Source of the DNA: Ignavibacteriota bacterium | Lineage (GTDB): Bacteria; Bacteroidota; Ignavibacteria; Palsa-1295 | NCBI GenBank assembly: GCA_963736195.1 | Contig: CAVTNP010000001.1 | Location: forward strand, 690,133-754,132 | Direction: 5' to 3' | DNA: 64,000 bases | Part shown: positions 9,206-18,649 of the stretch, one piece after another | Position numbering within the stretch: position 1 is the first letter of the stretch | How the letters are laid out: each line of letters begins with the position of its first letter | Made by a program: the position numbers and the translations under genes | Notes under the pieces: generated by a model | Told to the model about the DNA's origin: nothing | Databases searched by the model: none | Seen by the model: only the letters and a program-made list of their open reading frames with translations

Positions 9206-9709
9206 TTAATATGGCACTTTCATCCCATGATAAAAGTCCGGTTCCTTGAAATCTTTTCGCAGCGGGAATCCGGGATAGTCTTCATCCAACAATAGTCTGC
9301 GATGGTCTGGGTGCCCGTCAAAATGAATTCCCATCATATCCCACGCTTCGCGTTCATGCCAATTCGCGTGCAGCCATACATCGGTTACCGATGGCACATG
9401 AGCATTCTCAGCAGGGACAGTAACCTTCAGTGCGATCTGATGTTGATGCTTCGTCGATTCGATATGATACACCACCGAGAGTGTGCCATTTCCATTATCC
9501 ACCGAAGAAATCAGAAGCAAGCTATCGAAAAAGAGGGACCGTTCATCGCGTAGGAAGAATGCGAGATCGCGAATTGTGGAGGGGTCGGCAACTTCGAGAT
9601 AAGAGCCCATCCGGCGCTGATAGGCATTTTCAGAATTGGATTTATGCCACGTGCCGACCCCTTCACCGAAGGAAGAATGTATTGCTGCTACTATATCCGA
9701 GGAAACCAT
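9206..9709 (-). CDS. nuoC: NADH-quinone oxidoreductase subunit C (30 kDa)
   Basis: 167 aa, positioned between nuoB and nuoD, with typical NuoC blocks (HIESTKHQHQIALKV, ERE.WDM.G). Confidence 0.9.
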   Translation of the reverse strand: MVSSDIVAAIHSSFGEGVGTWHKSNSENAYQRRMGSYLEVADPSTIRDLAFFLRDERSLFFDSLLLISSVDNGNGTLSVVYHIESTKHQHQIALKVTVPAENAHVPSVTDVWLHANWHEREAWDMMGIHFDGHPDHRRLLLDEDYPGFPLRKDFKEPDFYHGMKVPY

Positions 9710-9712
9710 AGA

Positions 9713-9766
9713 ATCATCCTAAAATCGTCCGCGTAATCCGCCTTAATCCGCGTAATCCCGGTTCTG
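9713..9766. repeat. Copy of the dispersed repeat family (CATCCTAAAATCGTCCGCGTAATCC...CCGCGTAATCCCGGTTCTG) spanning the nuoC-nuoB junction
   Basis: About 85% identical to 44857-44909. It contains an internal direct repeat TCCGCGTAATCC x2. Part of it encodes the nuoB C-terminus. Confidence 0.6.
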
Positions 9767-10258
9767 TGTCCTTACGATATCCTGCAATTTCATCAAACCT
9801 TCGAGCAGAGCTTCGGGGCGCGGCGGACAGCCAGGAATATATACATCAACCGGAATGATCCGATCGACGCCTTTCAGCACATGGTAACCATATTCCCAGT
9901 ACGGGCCCCCGCAGTTCGAGCAGTTTCCCATGGAGATCACGTACTTCGGGTCGGCCATTTGCTCGTAAAGCATTTTGATGCGCGTCGCCATCTTCAGCGT
10001 AACGGTTCCTGAGATAATGATCACATCCGATTGGCGCGGACTTGGGCGCGGAATAACTCCAAAACGCATCATGTCATAATGCGATGCCGCAGTGGCCATC
10101 ATTTCGATAGCACAGCAGGCAAGGCCAAAGCTCATCTGCCACAAACTCGAAAGGCGAGACCAATCGAAGAGCGTGTCGAGGTTTGTAACGATAATATTGG
10201 ATTCACCCGTTTTATCATTTGGAAGTACGGGGAGTTCGAGTTTATCTAAATATCCCAT
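9743..10258 (-). CDS. nuoB: NADH-quinone oxidoreductase subunit B (20 kDa, Fe-S)
   Basis: CCAIEMM...[11 protein letters not shown]...[10 protein letters not shown] cysteine motifs diagnostic of NuoB. Confidence 0.95.
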   Translation of the reverse strand: MGYLDKLELPVLPNDKTGESNIIVTNLDTLFDWSRLSSLWQMSFGLACCAIEMMATAASHYDMMRFGVIPRPSPRQSDVIIISGTVTLKMATRIKMLYEQMADPKYVISMGNCSNCGGPYWEYGYHVLKGVDRIIPVDVYIPGCPPRPEALLEGLMKLQDIVRTQNRDYAD

Positions 10259-10261
10259 GTA

Positions 10262-10390
10262 AAATTACGAATTACGAATTTCAAATTACGAATTATAAAA
10301 AATACGCAACCTCAAGGCGAATCCCGCACGATACTGTTTGCTGTAGATTCGTAATTCGCAATTCGAAATTTGTAATTCGTAATTACAACA
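10262..10390. repeat. AT-rich imperfect inverted repeat built from ATTACGA heptamers (arms about 35 bp, 50-bp spacer) in the nuoB-nuoA gap
   Basis: AATTACGAATTACGAATTTCAAATTACGAATTAT ... ATTCGTAATTCGCAATTCGAAATTTGTAATTCGTAATTA. The right arm is translated as the C-terminal tail of nuoA. Confidence 0.6.
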
Positions 10391-10776
10391 TCCTTCAGCC
10401 TGGCAACATAAGGCTTGGGCCTTGCCCAGTCGAGATCGCCTTTCGCCCATACATAAATGTAGCCGACAAGTAAAATTCCAAGAAACGTAAACATCTCCGC
10501 GATGGCGAACCAGCCCATGCGCTTAAATATGAGTGCCCATGGAAACAAAAACAGAATCTCGACATCGAACAAAATAAAGATCAACGCTACAACGTAATAC
10601 CGAATGTTGAACTTCACCCACGCGCCGCCGATCGGATCCTCACCGCATTCATAAGACGCAAGCTTGAATTGATTCGGATTCTTCGGACGCAAAAGCTTGC
10701 TCGTAAGCAGGCCACCCGCAACAAAAATAATTGCGAGTATCCCAAATGCAAATACGTGGCTGAATTCTCCTAACAT
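10312..10776 (-). CDS. nuoA: NADH-quinone oxidoreductase subunit A with a ~36-aa C-terminal extension encoded by the heptamer-repeat element
   Basis: Three TM helices and a conserved ...WAKGDLDWA end at residue 118. The reading frame then continues through the repeat (ITNYKFRIANYE...) to the stop at 10312. Confidence 0.8.
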   Translation of the reverse strand: MLGEFSHVFAFGILAIIFVAGGLLTSKLLRPKNPNQFKLASYECGEDPIGGAWVKFNIRYYVVALIFILFDVEILFLFPWALIFKRMGWFAIAEMFTFLGILLVGYIYVWAKGDLDWARPKPYVARLKDVVITNYKFRIANYESTANSIVRDSP

Positions 10777-10897
10777 GACCGGGATTGTATCCTGATGACT
10801 CTATACCGGCTGAAAACGCCCATTGATTCAAGATAATGCCAAAACTAGAAAGGCCGCGAGATTCGCGGCCTTTCAAAACGATCGTTACAGCGAGAAC

Positions 10898-11569
10898 TTA
10901 GTCGTTCTCAACATACATCTTCAGTACTTCCGCGGCCTTGCCTGGATTTGCTCCTTGATCATGAATTTGTTTTGGAGTTTTTCCGCTGGCATCCGGAAGA
11001 TTCACAATTTTATCTGCTATATCCATCCCTTCGGTCACTTGGCCAAATACAGTGTAATTCTTATCGAGGAACCCTGCATCGGCTACACAAATAAAGAATT
11101 GGCACGATGCTGAATTTGGATCATTCGTGCGTGCCATCGAAAGGATACCGCGGGAATGATGAATTTCGTTGAATTCAGCCATGAGCCGGTTGGTGCCATT
11201 ATTCCCCATGCCGTCGTTGGAATAATCATTATCCTTCGTATTTGGATCGCCGCCCTGGATCATAAATCCCGGGATGACGCGGTGGAAATACGTTGAATCG
11301 TAAAAATGCGTCTTGGCAAGATTGATGATATTCGCGACGTGGTTCGGGGCAACCTTCTCGAAAAGCTGAAGCTTGATCGTGCCTTGCTTGGTAACGATCA
11401 CCAGGTGCCGTTTCGGATGCGCAGTGTATTGATCGAGTTTTGTGCCGGTAATAGGTGGTTTGTAGGGGTCTGTGCCCATAATGGTGGTGGCGTGCGTAAT
11501 GGTTAGTGTTGCGGCGCAAACGAAGATTGCTGCCGTGAAAAGGATGGAAAATTTGATCTTTTTATTCAT
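10898..11569 (-). CDS. Cyclophilin-type peptidyl-prolyl cis-trans isomerase with signal peptide
   Basis: HRVIPGFMIQGGDP and SMARTNDPNSASCQFFI blocks. N-terminal signal peptide MNKKIKFSILFTAAIFVCAA. Confidence 0.85.
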   Translation of the reverse strand: MNKKIKFSILFTAAIFVCAATLTITHATTIMGTDPYKPPITGTKLDQYTAHPKRHLVIVTKQGTIKLQLFEKVAPNHVANIINLAKTHFYDSTYFHRVIPGFMIQGGDPNTKDNDYSNDGMGNNGTNRLMAEFNEIHHSRGILSMARTNDPNSASCQFFICVADAGFLDKNYTVFGQVTEGMDIADKIVNLPDASGKTPKQIHDQGANPGKAAEVLKMYVEND

Positions 11570-11644
11570 GCAATGGATTGATTGTGAAAATCATAAAATA
11601 AGAAACTGCCATAGGCCAAAAAGAGCCAATCCGTTCCCGTTTCG

Positions 11645-12445
11645 TCATTGAATTGTAATTTCTCCAGTGGGGCTGTTATAGCTGCCGGGCACCACGCTGC
11701 CATCAGGTGCAATAAGTTGCAGCTTCACCGTATGCTTACCCTGCGTGAGCCCGGTAATGTAGTAGGGCTGCCATTTCGTGATGTCGGGCATGGAGGTTGT
11801 ATCAACCCATACCTTCACCTTATAGGCGTCGGGTGCCAGCGTGGCATTCGACACATAGAAATCGAGCAGCACCTTCGAATTCTCACCGGAGGCATAAGTG
11901 CCCTTTGGCCTGGAATACGTCAGCAGCGGACCGTTCAGATTATTCGCTTGCGCGGTATCGCTCGATTTGCTGCCGACGTAAAAAGTCCTGGTCGCGAACG
12001 AGTGTGGCGATTTAATGCTCTCGTGCCAGGAAAACGATGGAAAAGCCCTGATCGTATGCATCCCCGGTGCAAGCAAGCCAATATTGAATGGCTCGCCGCT
12101 CTTGTAGTTCGCCATGTAAGGCTTGCTATCCACGATAACGTGAAAATGCTGTCCCTGCTTGGAGTACGCGATGCCCATGGTGCTATCGCCATCGGTGTGG
12201 ATGCCCAGGTCGGTTCCCGAAACCTGCATGACGATCCGCACGGAATCGCTTGCATCCTTCAGAGTCTCGCCCTCTTTAGGCGATACAATGCTGAGCGAAG
12301 CATCAGGATACGCCCGCTGCGGCGCTGGAATAATAGCGATATGGCTTGTGGTATCAACAGTCGCTTGTTCAGTGCGTTTGCCGCACGAAACGAGCAAAGT
12401 GGAAAGAAGTGCTGCACTAAAAACGACGGAAAAAGTCTTACGCAT
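11645..12445 (-). CDS. Hypothetical lipoprotein
   Basis: The likely start MRKTFSVVFSAALLSTLLVSCGK carries a lipobox. The upstream extension to 12571 in the track ORF is probably not translated. Confidence 0.5.
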   Translation of the reverse strand: MRKTFSVVFSAALLSTLLVSCGKRTEQATVDTTSHIAIIPAPQRAYPDASLSIVSPKEGETLKDASDSVRIVMQVSGTDLGIHTDGDSTMGIAYSKQGQHFHVIVDSKPYMANYKSGEPFNIGLLAPGMHTIRAFPSFSWHESIKSPHSFATRTFYVGSKSSDTAQANNLNGPLLTYSRPKGTYASGENSKVLLDFYVSNATLAPDAYKVKVWVDTTSMPDITKWQPYYITGLTQGKHTVKLQLIAPDGSVVPGSYNSPTGEITIQ

Positions 12446-12576
12446 AGGTATATGTAAATATTTGAACACAAAAGTACGCAGAAATGCCCGGCATGTAACA
12501 TAATTTGCTACGGACATAGCTAAATTGAGAATTGCCTTACCGAATCCCCTCGCCTCCATTTCCGTATGCACACGTA

Positions 12577-13914
12577 ATGACGCTTCAGCCAGTTGCCATA
12601 AAGCGGTCCGTTAATTCATTGTTCTCTGCGACGTTTCGGTCGCTCAGGCATCGTAATTTCCGGCTGTTCTTTATTGGGCAGCTTATTTCGCTGATCGGGA
12701 CATGGCTTCAAAATACTGCGCTTGCATGGCTGGTCTGGTCATTGACGCACAATTCGATGATCCTTGGCGTCATGAGCTTTCTTGGCTCGATCCCGATACT
12801 ATTTCTTTCCATCATCGCCGGCACAGTTGCCGATGAGCATCCCAAGCGGCGCATTCTCGTCATTACACAAGCCTCTGCTGCACTGCAGGCCATTCTGCTT
12901 GCGATTGCGATTTGGACGCATAGCGTAACCGTCATCGTTATCGGTTCGGCAAATCTATTGCTTGGGATCATCACGGCTTTCGACATGCCTACCCGTCAGG
13001 CGTTCGTAGTGGAGATGGCGAGCAAAGAGGATGTAACGAACGCCGTAGCGCTGAACTCCGCGATCTTTAACGCGGCGCGTTTGATCGGTCCTGCGTTTGC
13101 GGGATACATCATCTATGCGCTTTCGATCGATATGTGCTTTTTTCTGAATGGCATTTCGTATATCGCGGTCATCATCGGGCTGCTAATGATGCGGTTCGAC
13201 AACGAGCATGCTCGCACACGTTCGCGAGAAACATCGCGTGTTGGAGCAATGAAGGAGGGAATTTCCTATCTCTATTCCGTTCCGCAACTACGCTCACTGA
13301 TGTTCCTGGTTATAGGCATGACTCTTTTTGGATGGAGCTACACCGTTAACCTTCCCGTTGTTGCCGGACATTTGTTGCGAGGCGGTTCATCCACCTATAG
13401 TGCGCTACTCTCTGCGAACGGCGCGGGTGCACTTCTCGCGGCGCTTTCACAAGCTGCGCTGGCCGGGAAGCTCGATTCTCGGAAGATGTTGTTCATTGGG
13501 CTTGCGGTATTTATCCTCGCACTCCTGGGACTTTCTTTCGCGCACACCCTTGCAGCATCCGTCGTGCTTTTGCTTTTCATTGGCTGGGGACTCATCACCT
13601 TTTTCATCACAGCGAATACGACACTTCAACGCCGCGTACCTGATGAGCTTCGGGGGCGTGTGATGAGCATCTATTCCTTTGCCTTCGCGGGTCTGTTCCC
13701 ATTCGGATCGTTATTGGCCGGCTGGATCGCTTCGACATTCGGCGTGGCAGATGCTTTTCGATTGAATGCGTTCATGCTTTCGTGCTTTGCTGTTCCCGCA
13801 TTTTTGTTCATTCGGAAGCTCCCTCGGCTTTCGGCAACCCGTGCAGAATCCATTCAGGAACTGCTCACCGGCGAGAGGGGTGCATTAGAGGCGGAACAGA
13901 TTTCGCGCGGTTAG
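12577..13914 (+). CDS. MFS transporter
   Basis: About 12 TM helices, with an MFS signature near TM2-3 (GTVADEHPKRRIL). The start is chosen at MTLQP (the track ORF begins at 12532). Confidence 0.8.
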   Translation: MTLQPVAIKRSVNSLFSATFRSLRHRNFRLFFIGQLISLIGTWLQNTALAWLVWSLTHNSMILGVMSFLGSIPILFLSIIAGTVADEHPKRRILVITQASAALQAILLAIAIWTHSVTVIVIGSANLLLGIITAFDMPTRQAFVVEMASKEDVTNAVALNSAIFNAARLIGPAFAGYIIYALSIDMCFFLNGISYIAVIIGLLMMRFDNEHARTRSRETSRVGAMKEGISYLYSVPQLRSLMFLVIGMTLFGWSYTVNLPVVAGHLLRGGSSTYSALLSANGAGALLAALSQAALAGKLDSRKMLFIGLAVFILALLGLSFAHTLAASVVLLLFIGWGLITFFITANTTLQRRVPDELRGRVMSIYSFAFAGLFPFGSLLAGWIASTFGVADAFRLNAFMLSCFAVPAFLFIRKLPRLSATRAESIQELLTGERGALEAEQISRG

Positions 13915-13953
13915 GCTTTATAGTGATGCGGGGACGGCTGGCCCCTAATATGC

Positions 13954-14370
13954 ATGACGATCGCATTCCTCCTTTTACGCGGGAAAGAATTTAGCTTACC
14001 GGATGATGTAAGCTCGGGAATTATCGGCCTTTTTTTTGGCCTGCTGTGTGGCCTGTTCTTTTACCAGCACTATTATAAACCGTATTTCTGGGCGATCTCG
14101 CTTGCCGGCGGCCTGTTCTTTACTCTCATCTCGCACGATCTATTTCAAAGAATGCTTACCGACGATGACACGCGCTCGATATGGCTTACGATCACATCCT
14201 TCGCATTACCGTTTCTCCTTACGTTGGTACTGAATTACGGATTGTATTACATTAAGCACACTAAACGCCAAAAGCGAATGAAGCGGCGGCGGCATTCGCA
14301 GTTCTTTGATACGCTCGATACGATCGACGCTGCAAGTTCCACAAATACCGGAAAGGATATTGCTTCATGA
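13954..14370 (+). CDS. Hypothetical membrane protein
   Basis: Four predicted TM segments and a basic C-terminal tail. Its end overlaps the next gene start by 4 nt. Confidence 0.4.
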   Translation: MTIAFLLLRGKEFSLPDDVSSGIIGLFFGLLCGLFFYQHYYKPYFWAISLAGGLFFTLISHDLFQRMLTDDDTRSIWLTITSFALPFLLTLVLNYGLYYIKHTKRQKRMKRRRHSQFFDTLDTIDAASSTNTGKDIAS

Positions 14371-14720
14371 AGCTTGTTCTGGCATGTGCATTTGTGTTCC
14401 TGGTGTATGGCTGCACAACGAACGCGCCGGTAGTATCGGAGTACATGATCATCGCTCCGCATTCCATTGCCATGACAGCAGCGAGACCGGATTCAACCGT
14501 GTCGATCACACATAGCTGCACGTGTCCTTTCACATGGAATTCAACGATTATTCCGGCATCGCCCTGGCTTACGTTTCCAACGTATCAGAACGGTGATAAA
14601 ACGGATGTGCCGATCTCGATCGATACCTCGCAATTACCGGTCGGCACCAGTCATGCATCCATTATTATTAACTCGAATAGTTACGGCGAAGATTCCATTC
14701 TGGTGACCGTGTCGAAATAA
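14367..14720 (+). CDS. Hypothetical small lipoprotein
   Basis: MKLVLACAFVFLVYGCTTN lipoprotein signal. The remainder is a beta-rich Ig-like/BACON-like sequence. Confidence 0.45.
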   Translation: MKLVLACAFVFLVYGCTTNAPVVSEYMIIAPHSIAMTAARPDSTVSITHSCTCPFTWNSTIIPASPWLTFPTYQNGDKTDVPISIDTSQLPVGTSHASIIINSNSYGEDSILVTVSK

Positions 14721-14736
14721 AACTTCATCGCGTAAT

Positions 14737-15462
14737 TCACACCATCATTTGTCTTACCTGCTCTTCCGTTTCTTTTAGAAGGCGGTTTTCATCGGCGCGT
14801 TTTTCTCCAACGGACGCCGTTTCGGCGGCGTGAGCAAAGATCGGCTTCCCAATGCGGATCTCAGCATGGCATCCCCATTTCGGAAGCCCTTTGTCGCGCG
14901 GTAGGATGCTATAAGCGCCAAGAAGCGCCACCGGTATGACCGGCACTCCCGCCTCATGGGCAAGATGAATAGCACCTCGTTTAAATGGCTGCATGATGCC
15001 AGTGTGAGTGCGGGTTCCTTCAGGAAAAAAAAGCACAGAAGCGCCATTCTTGATCCGCTCGATGGCCTTTCCGATCGTTCGTTGAGCCTTTTTGGGATTG
15101 GAACGATCGAGAACCAGGAACGGGCTTACCAGCAAGGCCCAACCCCAGACCGGAATGCGTGTAAGTGAACTTCGCAAGGTAAGGCGTAAGTTGTCCGGAA
15201 TGTATGCAAGCAAGATGGGAATGTCCATATAGCTCGAGTGATTTGCAGCATACACATAGTTCTGGCCTTTCTTAATATGTTCCGTGCCCGTGATCTTAAC
15301 ACGGACTCCGAAGGATAACAGACACGATCTGCTCCAGATCTTTGCTAACCAAAGATAGCTTCTGCCACTCCGGTCAGCCAGCGAAAAAATAACTGAGAGG
15401 ATCGAACAGATAATGGTCGATACGAGAAAACAAAGCGAGCCAAGGATCGAGAGTAAAATCAC
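14737..15462 (-). CDS. plsC: 1-acyl-sn-glycerol-3-phosphate acyltransferase
   Basis: NHSSYMDIP (HX4D-like) and FPEGTRTHTG acyltransferase motifs. Confidence 0.8.
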   Translation of the reverse strand: MILLSILGSLCFLVSTIICSILSVIFSLADRSGRSYLWLAKIWSRSCLLSFGVRVKITGTEHIKKGQNYVYAANHSSYMDIPILLAYIPDNLRLTLRSSLTRIPVWGWALLVSPFLVLDRSNPKKAQRTIGKAIERIKNGASVLFFPEGTRTHTGIMQPFKRGAIHLAHEAGVPVIPVALLGAYSILPRDKGLPKWGCHAEIRIGKPIFAHAAETASVGEKRADENRLLKETEEQVRQMMV

Positions 15463-16079
15463 TGGAGGTTTTCCAGCCCTTTAAGATTCATCGATTCGGC
15501 AATGCGACGGATCTCGTTAATGCTCTCAGCACTGTCCTCCACGATCGAGATCACGTACCGATTGCCCGGAAAGAGCGTGATCTCCCCATGCGGCTCTTTC
15601 TTCTCCATAGATTGCACTGCGCGATAGCCGGCAATAATCGTTGTTTCCGTACGCTCGTCGTTATTGTCATCAAGATAGGTTCCTTTGAATTTCTGCCACG
15701 GATCGTAAAGATACGGTACGTAGGCGAAATCATCGATCTGGATCTTCAATTTCTTGGTTCCCATTGTCAGATTTTCTGACACGCGCGACCGATTAAAATT
15801 GTCGCGAACTTGAATTTCCTTTTGTACCTCACCCTGGACGGTCCAGCCGGGAAGCGTTGGAAGGAATGTTGCGAGCTGATCGGGTTCGATCGCTTTTGCC
15901 ATTGGGGGAAGATTAGAGAGTGTAGTATCGGCTCTGGTTTTTGAGGTATCCTGAGTAGGCTTCAGCATCAAGGAATCTACCGAAGGATGCAGTGAATCCA
16001 GCGATGGTGGAAGCTGATCATTCCGGCGGCAGCCGGAACAGAGAATAAGAATAAGGCAAATCGCCAAAACGTACTTCAT
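15459..16079 (-). CDS. Hypothetical lipoprotein
   Basis: MKYVLAICLILILCSGC lipobox. It overlaps plsC and the ZIP gene by 4 nt, so the three form an operon. Confidence 0.5.
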   Translation of the reverse strand: MKYVLAICLILILCSGCRRNDQLPPSLDSLHPSVDSLMLKPTQDTSKTRADTTLSNLPPMAKAIEPDQLATFLPTLPGWTVQGEVQKEIQVRDNFNRSRVSENLTMGTKKLKIQIDDFAYVPYLYDPWQKFKGTYLDDNNDERTETTIIAGYRAVQSMEKKEPHGEITLFPGNRYVISIVEDSAESINEIRRIAESMNLKGLENLQ

Positions 16080-16807
16080 GATCCCATCAAGCTATTAAGC
16101 AAATGTGCTCCGATCCAAAACAGGAGCATTCCAAGAAACACTAAGATCGGGCCACTACGTCCCCGAAGAAACGAGAGATCGTGATTGCTTCTGCGATTTA
16201 TCTCTGGAATCAGGTCGGCAGCGCCAACATAAACCGCGCTTCCGGCGCTAAATGCAAATAGAAATCCGATCATCCTGGCATCGATCGAAACGAATAGCAG
16301 TACGAACAATGCACCGGCGAGTGTCGCGGCCGGAAGCATTAAATTTGCCGTTCGGGTGGCCCGGTGTGAGCTTCGCCCTGCGCGCATAACGCTTGCAACG
16401 GTGAGACCTTCCGGCACTTTGTGAAGCAGCACTGCGGTAAACACAAGTATCCCGATGCTCGATTTTGCCTGGGTAGCCGCACAGATCGACATGCCGTCGA
16501 AAAATGAATGAATGGCCAGACCGCCAATAGCACCAAACACCGAGTGCGATGCAAGCGCCCCTTCGCGATGCGTTTCCTCGCCAAAGTGCATGTGGCCTGA
16601 AAGGATATGCTCGAAAAAATGCAGCGCACTGAATCCTATCAGTATTGCGAGCAATGCAAGGTCGCTTCGATTGGAGAGCTGAATACTTTCAGGGATTAGA
16701 TCAAGGAACGCGAGGGCGAGCAAAAACCCTGCGCCGATGGCAAGCAAAGCACCCTCCACGGCCTTCGGCCAGCCTTTCTTTCGCTGCACGAGCATACCGC
16801 CGCTCAT
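16076..16807 (-). CDS. ZIP-family metal (zinc) transporter
   Basis: Multiple TM helices with histidine-rich HSFFDGMSI and HKVPEGL motifs characteristic of ZupT/ZIP. Confidence 0.75.
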   Translation of the reverse strand: MSGGMLVQRKKGWPKAVEGALLAIGAGFLLALAFLDLIPESIQLSNRSDLALLAILIGFSALHFFEHILSGHMHFGEETHREGALASHSVFGAIGGLAIHSFFDGMSICAATQAKSSIGILVFTAVLLHKVPEGLTVASVMRAGRSSHRATRTANLMLPAATLAGALFVLLFVSIDARMIGFLFAFSAGSAVYVGAADLIPEINRRSNHDLSFLRGRSGPILVFLGMLLFWIGAHLLNSLMGS

Positions 16808-16848
16808 TTGAGCGACAGCCGCGATCAGGGAGAGAAGAATTCCAAGGA

Positions 16849-17325
16849 TCAGAATTCCCCCAAAAGCAGCTTATCTCCAATGGGATAAAAAGTCCAGCTC
16901 ACCCTTCGCTGTTTCTTGCCGTTAAGATGAACGATCTGGGAAATATGCTTTTGGCCAGACGGAGTATCCTGTGTCTTGAATACAGTGTAGTAATCTCGGC
17001 GAGTATCGGGGAAATCATGGAAGAGTTTATTTATCTTAACGAGCACACCAGACACATACGCGTGCTCGCCAGAATCATTCACATTCACGGCGCGCAGCCA
17101 TTGCTTGCTTGTATCTTTATGCGCGATCAGCAACGCCGCGCTGTCGATATTATTCGTTTCTGCAAAATGTTTCAGATCCATAATGTGACCGAACACCACA
17201 TCCGAAAGGGAATCGCGCACCACTTGTGACAGCATCACAATATCGGTGCGCGGTTTGTTGCCCAGGCCGCCTTGCGCAATAGCAAGTGAAGGAAATAAAA
17301 CGAGTGCGATCAGGAGTTTCTTCAT
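16849..17325 (-). CDS. Hypothetical secreted protein
   Basis: Signal peptide MKKLLIALVLFPSLAIAQG. No recognizable motifs. Confidence 0.5.
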   Translation of the reverse strand: MKKLLIALVLFPSLAIAQGGLGNKPRTDIVMLSQVVRDSLSDVVFGHIMDLKHFAETNNIDSAALLIAHKDTSKQWLRAVNVNDSGEHAYVSGVLVKINKLFHDFPDTRRDYYTVFKTQDTPSGQKHISQIVHLNGKKQRRVSWTFYPIGDKLLLGEF

Positions 17326-17514
17326 AATGGGAAGAAACGTGTAGCAGTGGGAGTATGCTCCCGATCAATTTCTCTGGCTCTGTAGATACCATCTTAAAAG
17401 CAAGCGTAGCTTTAACGATCTTGCTGTTTGAAGAGCATATTTGCTTGTTTATTACCCGTTGTTCTTCCTCCGCAAAATAATTTGAAGCTTCTTTCTTAAG
17501 AAGCCTGGCGAAGC

Positions 17515-18057
17515 CTAAAGGGTATATCGCACGCCGATAGCGCCATCAAGATCAAGATCGAAGATGCGCTTGAACGCGATGAGCGGTCCAGCCTCCACAA
17601 AATATTGCATGGGTGAACTGAGCGGAATGAGGTTTATGCCGAAGATCGCACGACCCCCCAACTCGAACCCGTTATCTTCCTGATTGGCAAAGCTTTCTAC
17701 ATGCGGTTCCCTGCTGAAGAACATCCGGACACCCTTTGCAAATGCCACGGCTAATCCGGGTCCGGCATATTCATTCGTAACCGCAGAATGGAATATGTTA
17801 AATTCCCACACGTAGTCTAACTGCAGGCGCGGGGATCCGAAATAGTCTGGGCCGAACGCAGCCTGGAAGGCCGTTGGGCCCTCGAACTGGTACTTCATCG
17901 TGATGCCAAGCGGGTCGCCGAGGATAACGCCGACACACACATGCCTGGCAGCAGAATCTTGCGCCCTCGTCAAGGCGCTGGTGAAAAGAAGGCAGAATAG
18001 AACAATAGTTACCGGTCGGATCGGCTTTCTAACAGGGAGGCTATACATGCGGTGCAT
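17515..18057 (-). CDS. Hypothetical small outer-membrane beta-barrel-like protein
   Basis: N-terminal signal sequence, alternating amphipathic strands, and a C-terminal ...GVRYTL aromatic end. A hairpin with a T-rich tail lies downstream on its strand. Confidence 0.45.
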   Translation of the reverse strand: MHRMYSLPVRKPIRPVTIVLFCLLFTSALTRAQDSAARHVCVGVILGDPLGITMKYQFEGPTAFQAAFGPDYFGSPRLQLDYVWEFNIFHSAVTNEYAGPGLAVAFAKGVRMFFSREPHVESFANQEDNGFELGGRAIFGINLIPLSSPMQYFVEAGPLIAFKRIFDLDLDGAIGVRYTL

Positions 18058-18241
18058 AGTACGATGTAGTGAGGGAGTGTAAAAAGCTGGGGGGAAATAG
18101 GAACGTGTAGTTCTTATAACTTCTTATGTTACCGGAGATCACAAAAAGTTTGGAGAAGCTATGCAGAAAAGGATGTATGCTACTTCGGCGCAACAATTCC
18201 ACGCTGAATGTTTGTTTAGCGCACTGCACTCCTTAAATCCC

Positions 18242-18649
18242 ATGGCATATATACCCGAACGCCGCCCCTTTAGCGCCTGGAACAAGCTGATCCTTGGATA
18301 CCGCAGGTATTCTGGGTCGTGGGCGTATTTGCTCCAGCGCATCACCGGCGTGGGGCTTGTGACTTATCTCTTCATCCATATTTGGGCGCTCAGCTCGCTT
18401 ACGCATGGCCGCGCAGCGTTTGCCGAGGAAATGAAGACGTTCACCACGCCACCGTTCAAGGTGGCCGAATGGCTGCTCGGCGCGCTCGTCATGTTCCATG
18501 CGTTCAATGGCATTCGCATTGCGCTTGTCGATCTCGCTAATGGCGCGAAGTATCACAAAAAGCTACTTGGCGCCGTGTGGGTCACGGGTATCGCTGTGGT
18601 CGTGATGATGTTTTTCCTCATTTTTTCCAGCGAGATCTTCGCAAAATAA
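18242..18649 (+). CDS. sdhC: Succinate dehydrogenase/fumarate reductase cytochrome b subunit
   Basis: LQRITGVGLVTYLFIHIW and HAFNGIRIALVD heme-ligand blocks. Start chosen at the internal ATG 18242 (the track ORF begins at 18161). Confidence 0.7.
   Translation: MAYIPERRPFSAWNKLILGYRRYSGSWAYLLQRITGVGLVTYLFIHIWALSSLTHGRAAFAEEMKTFTTPPFKVAEWLLGALVMFHAFNGIRIALVDLANGAKYHKKLLGAVWVTGIAVVVMMFFLIFSSEIFAK

Noticed and set aside
11648-12457. 269-aa plus-strand ORF overlapping the lipoprotein gene
   Set aside because: It is antisense to a gene with a clear lipoprotein signal and sensible composition. The plus frame is Arg/His-rich nonsense.
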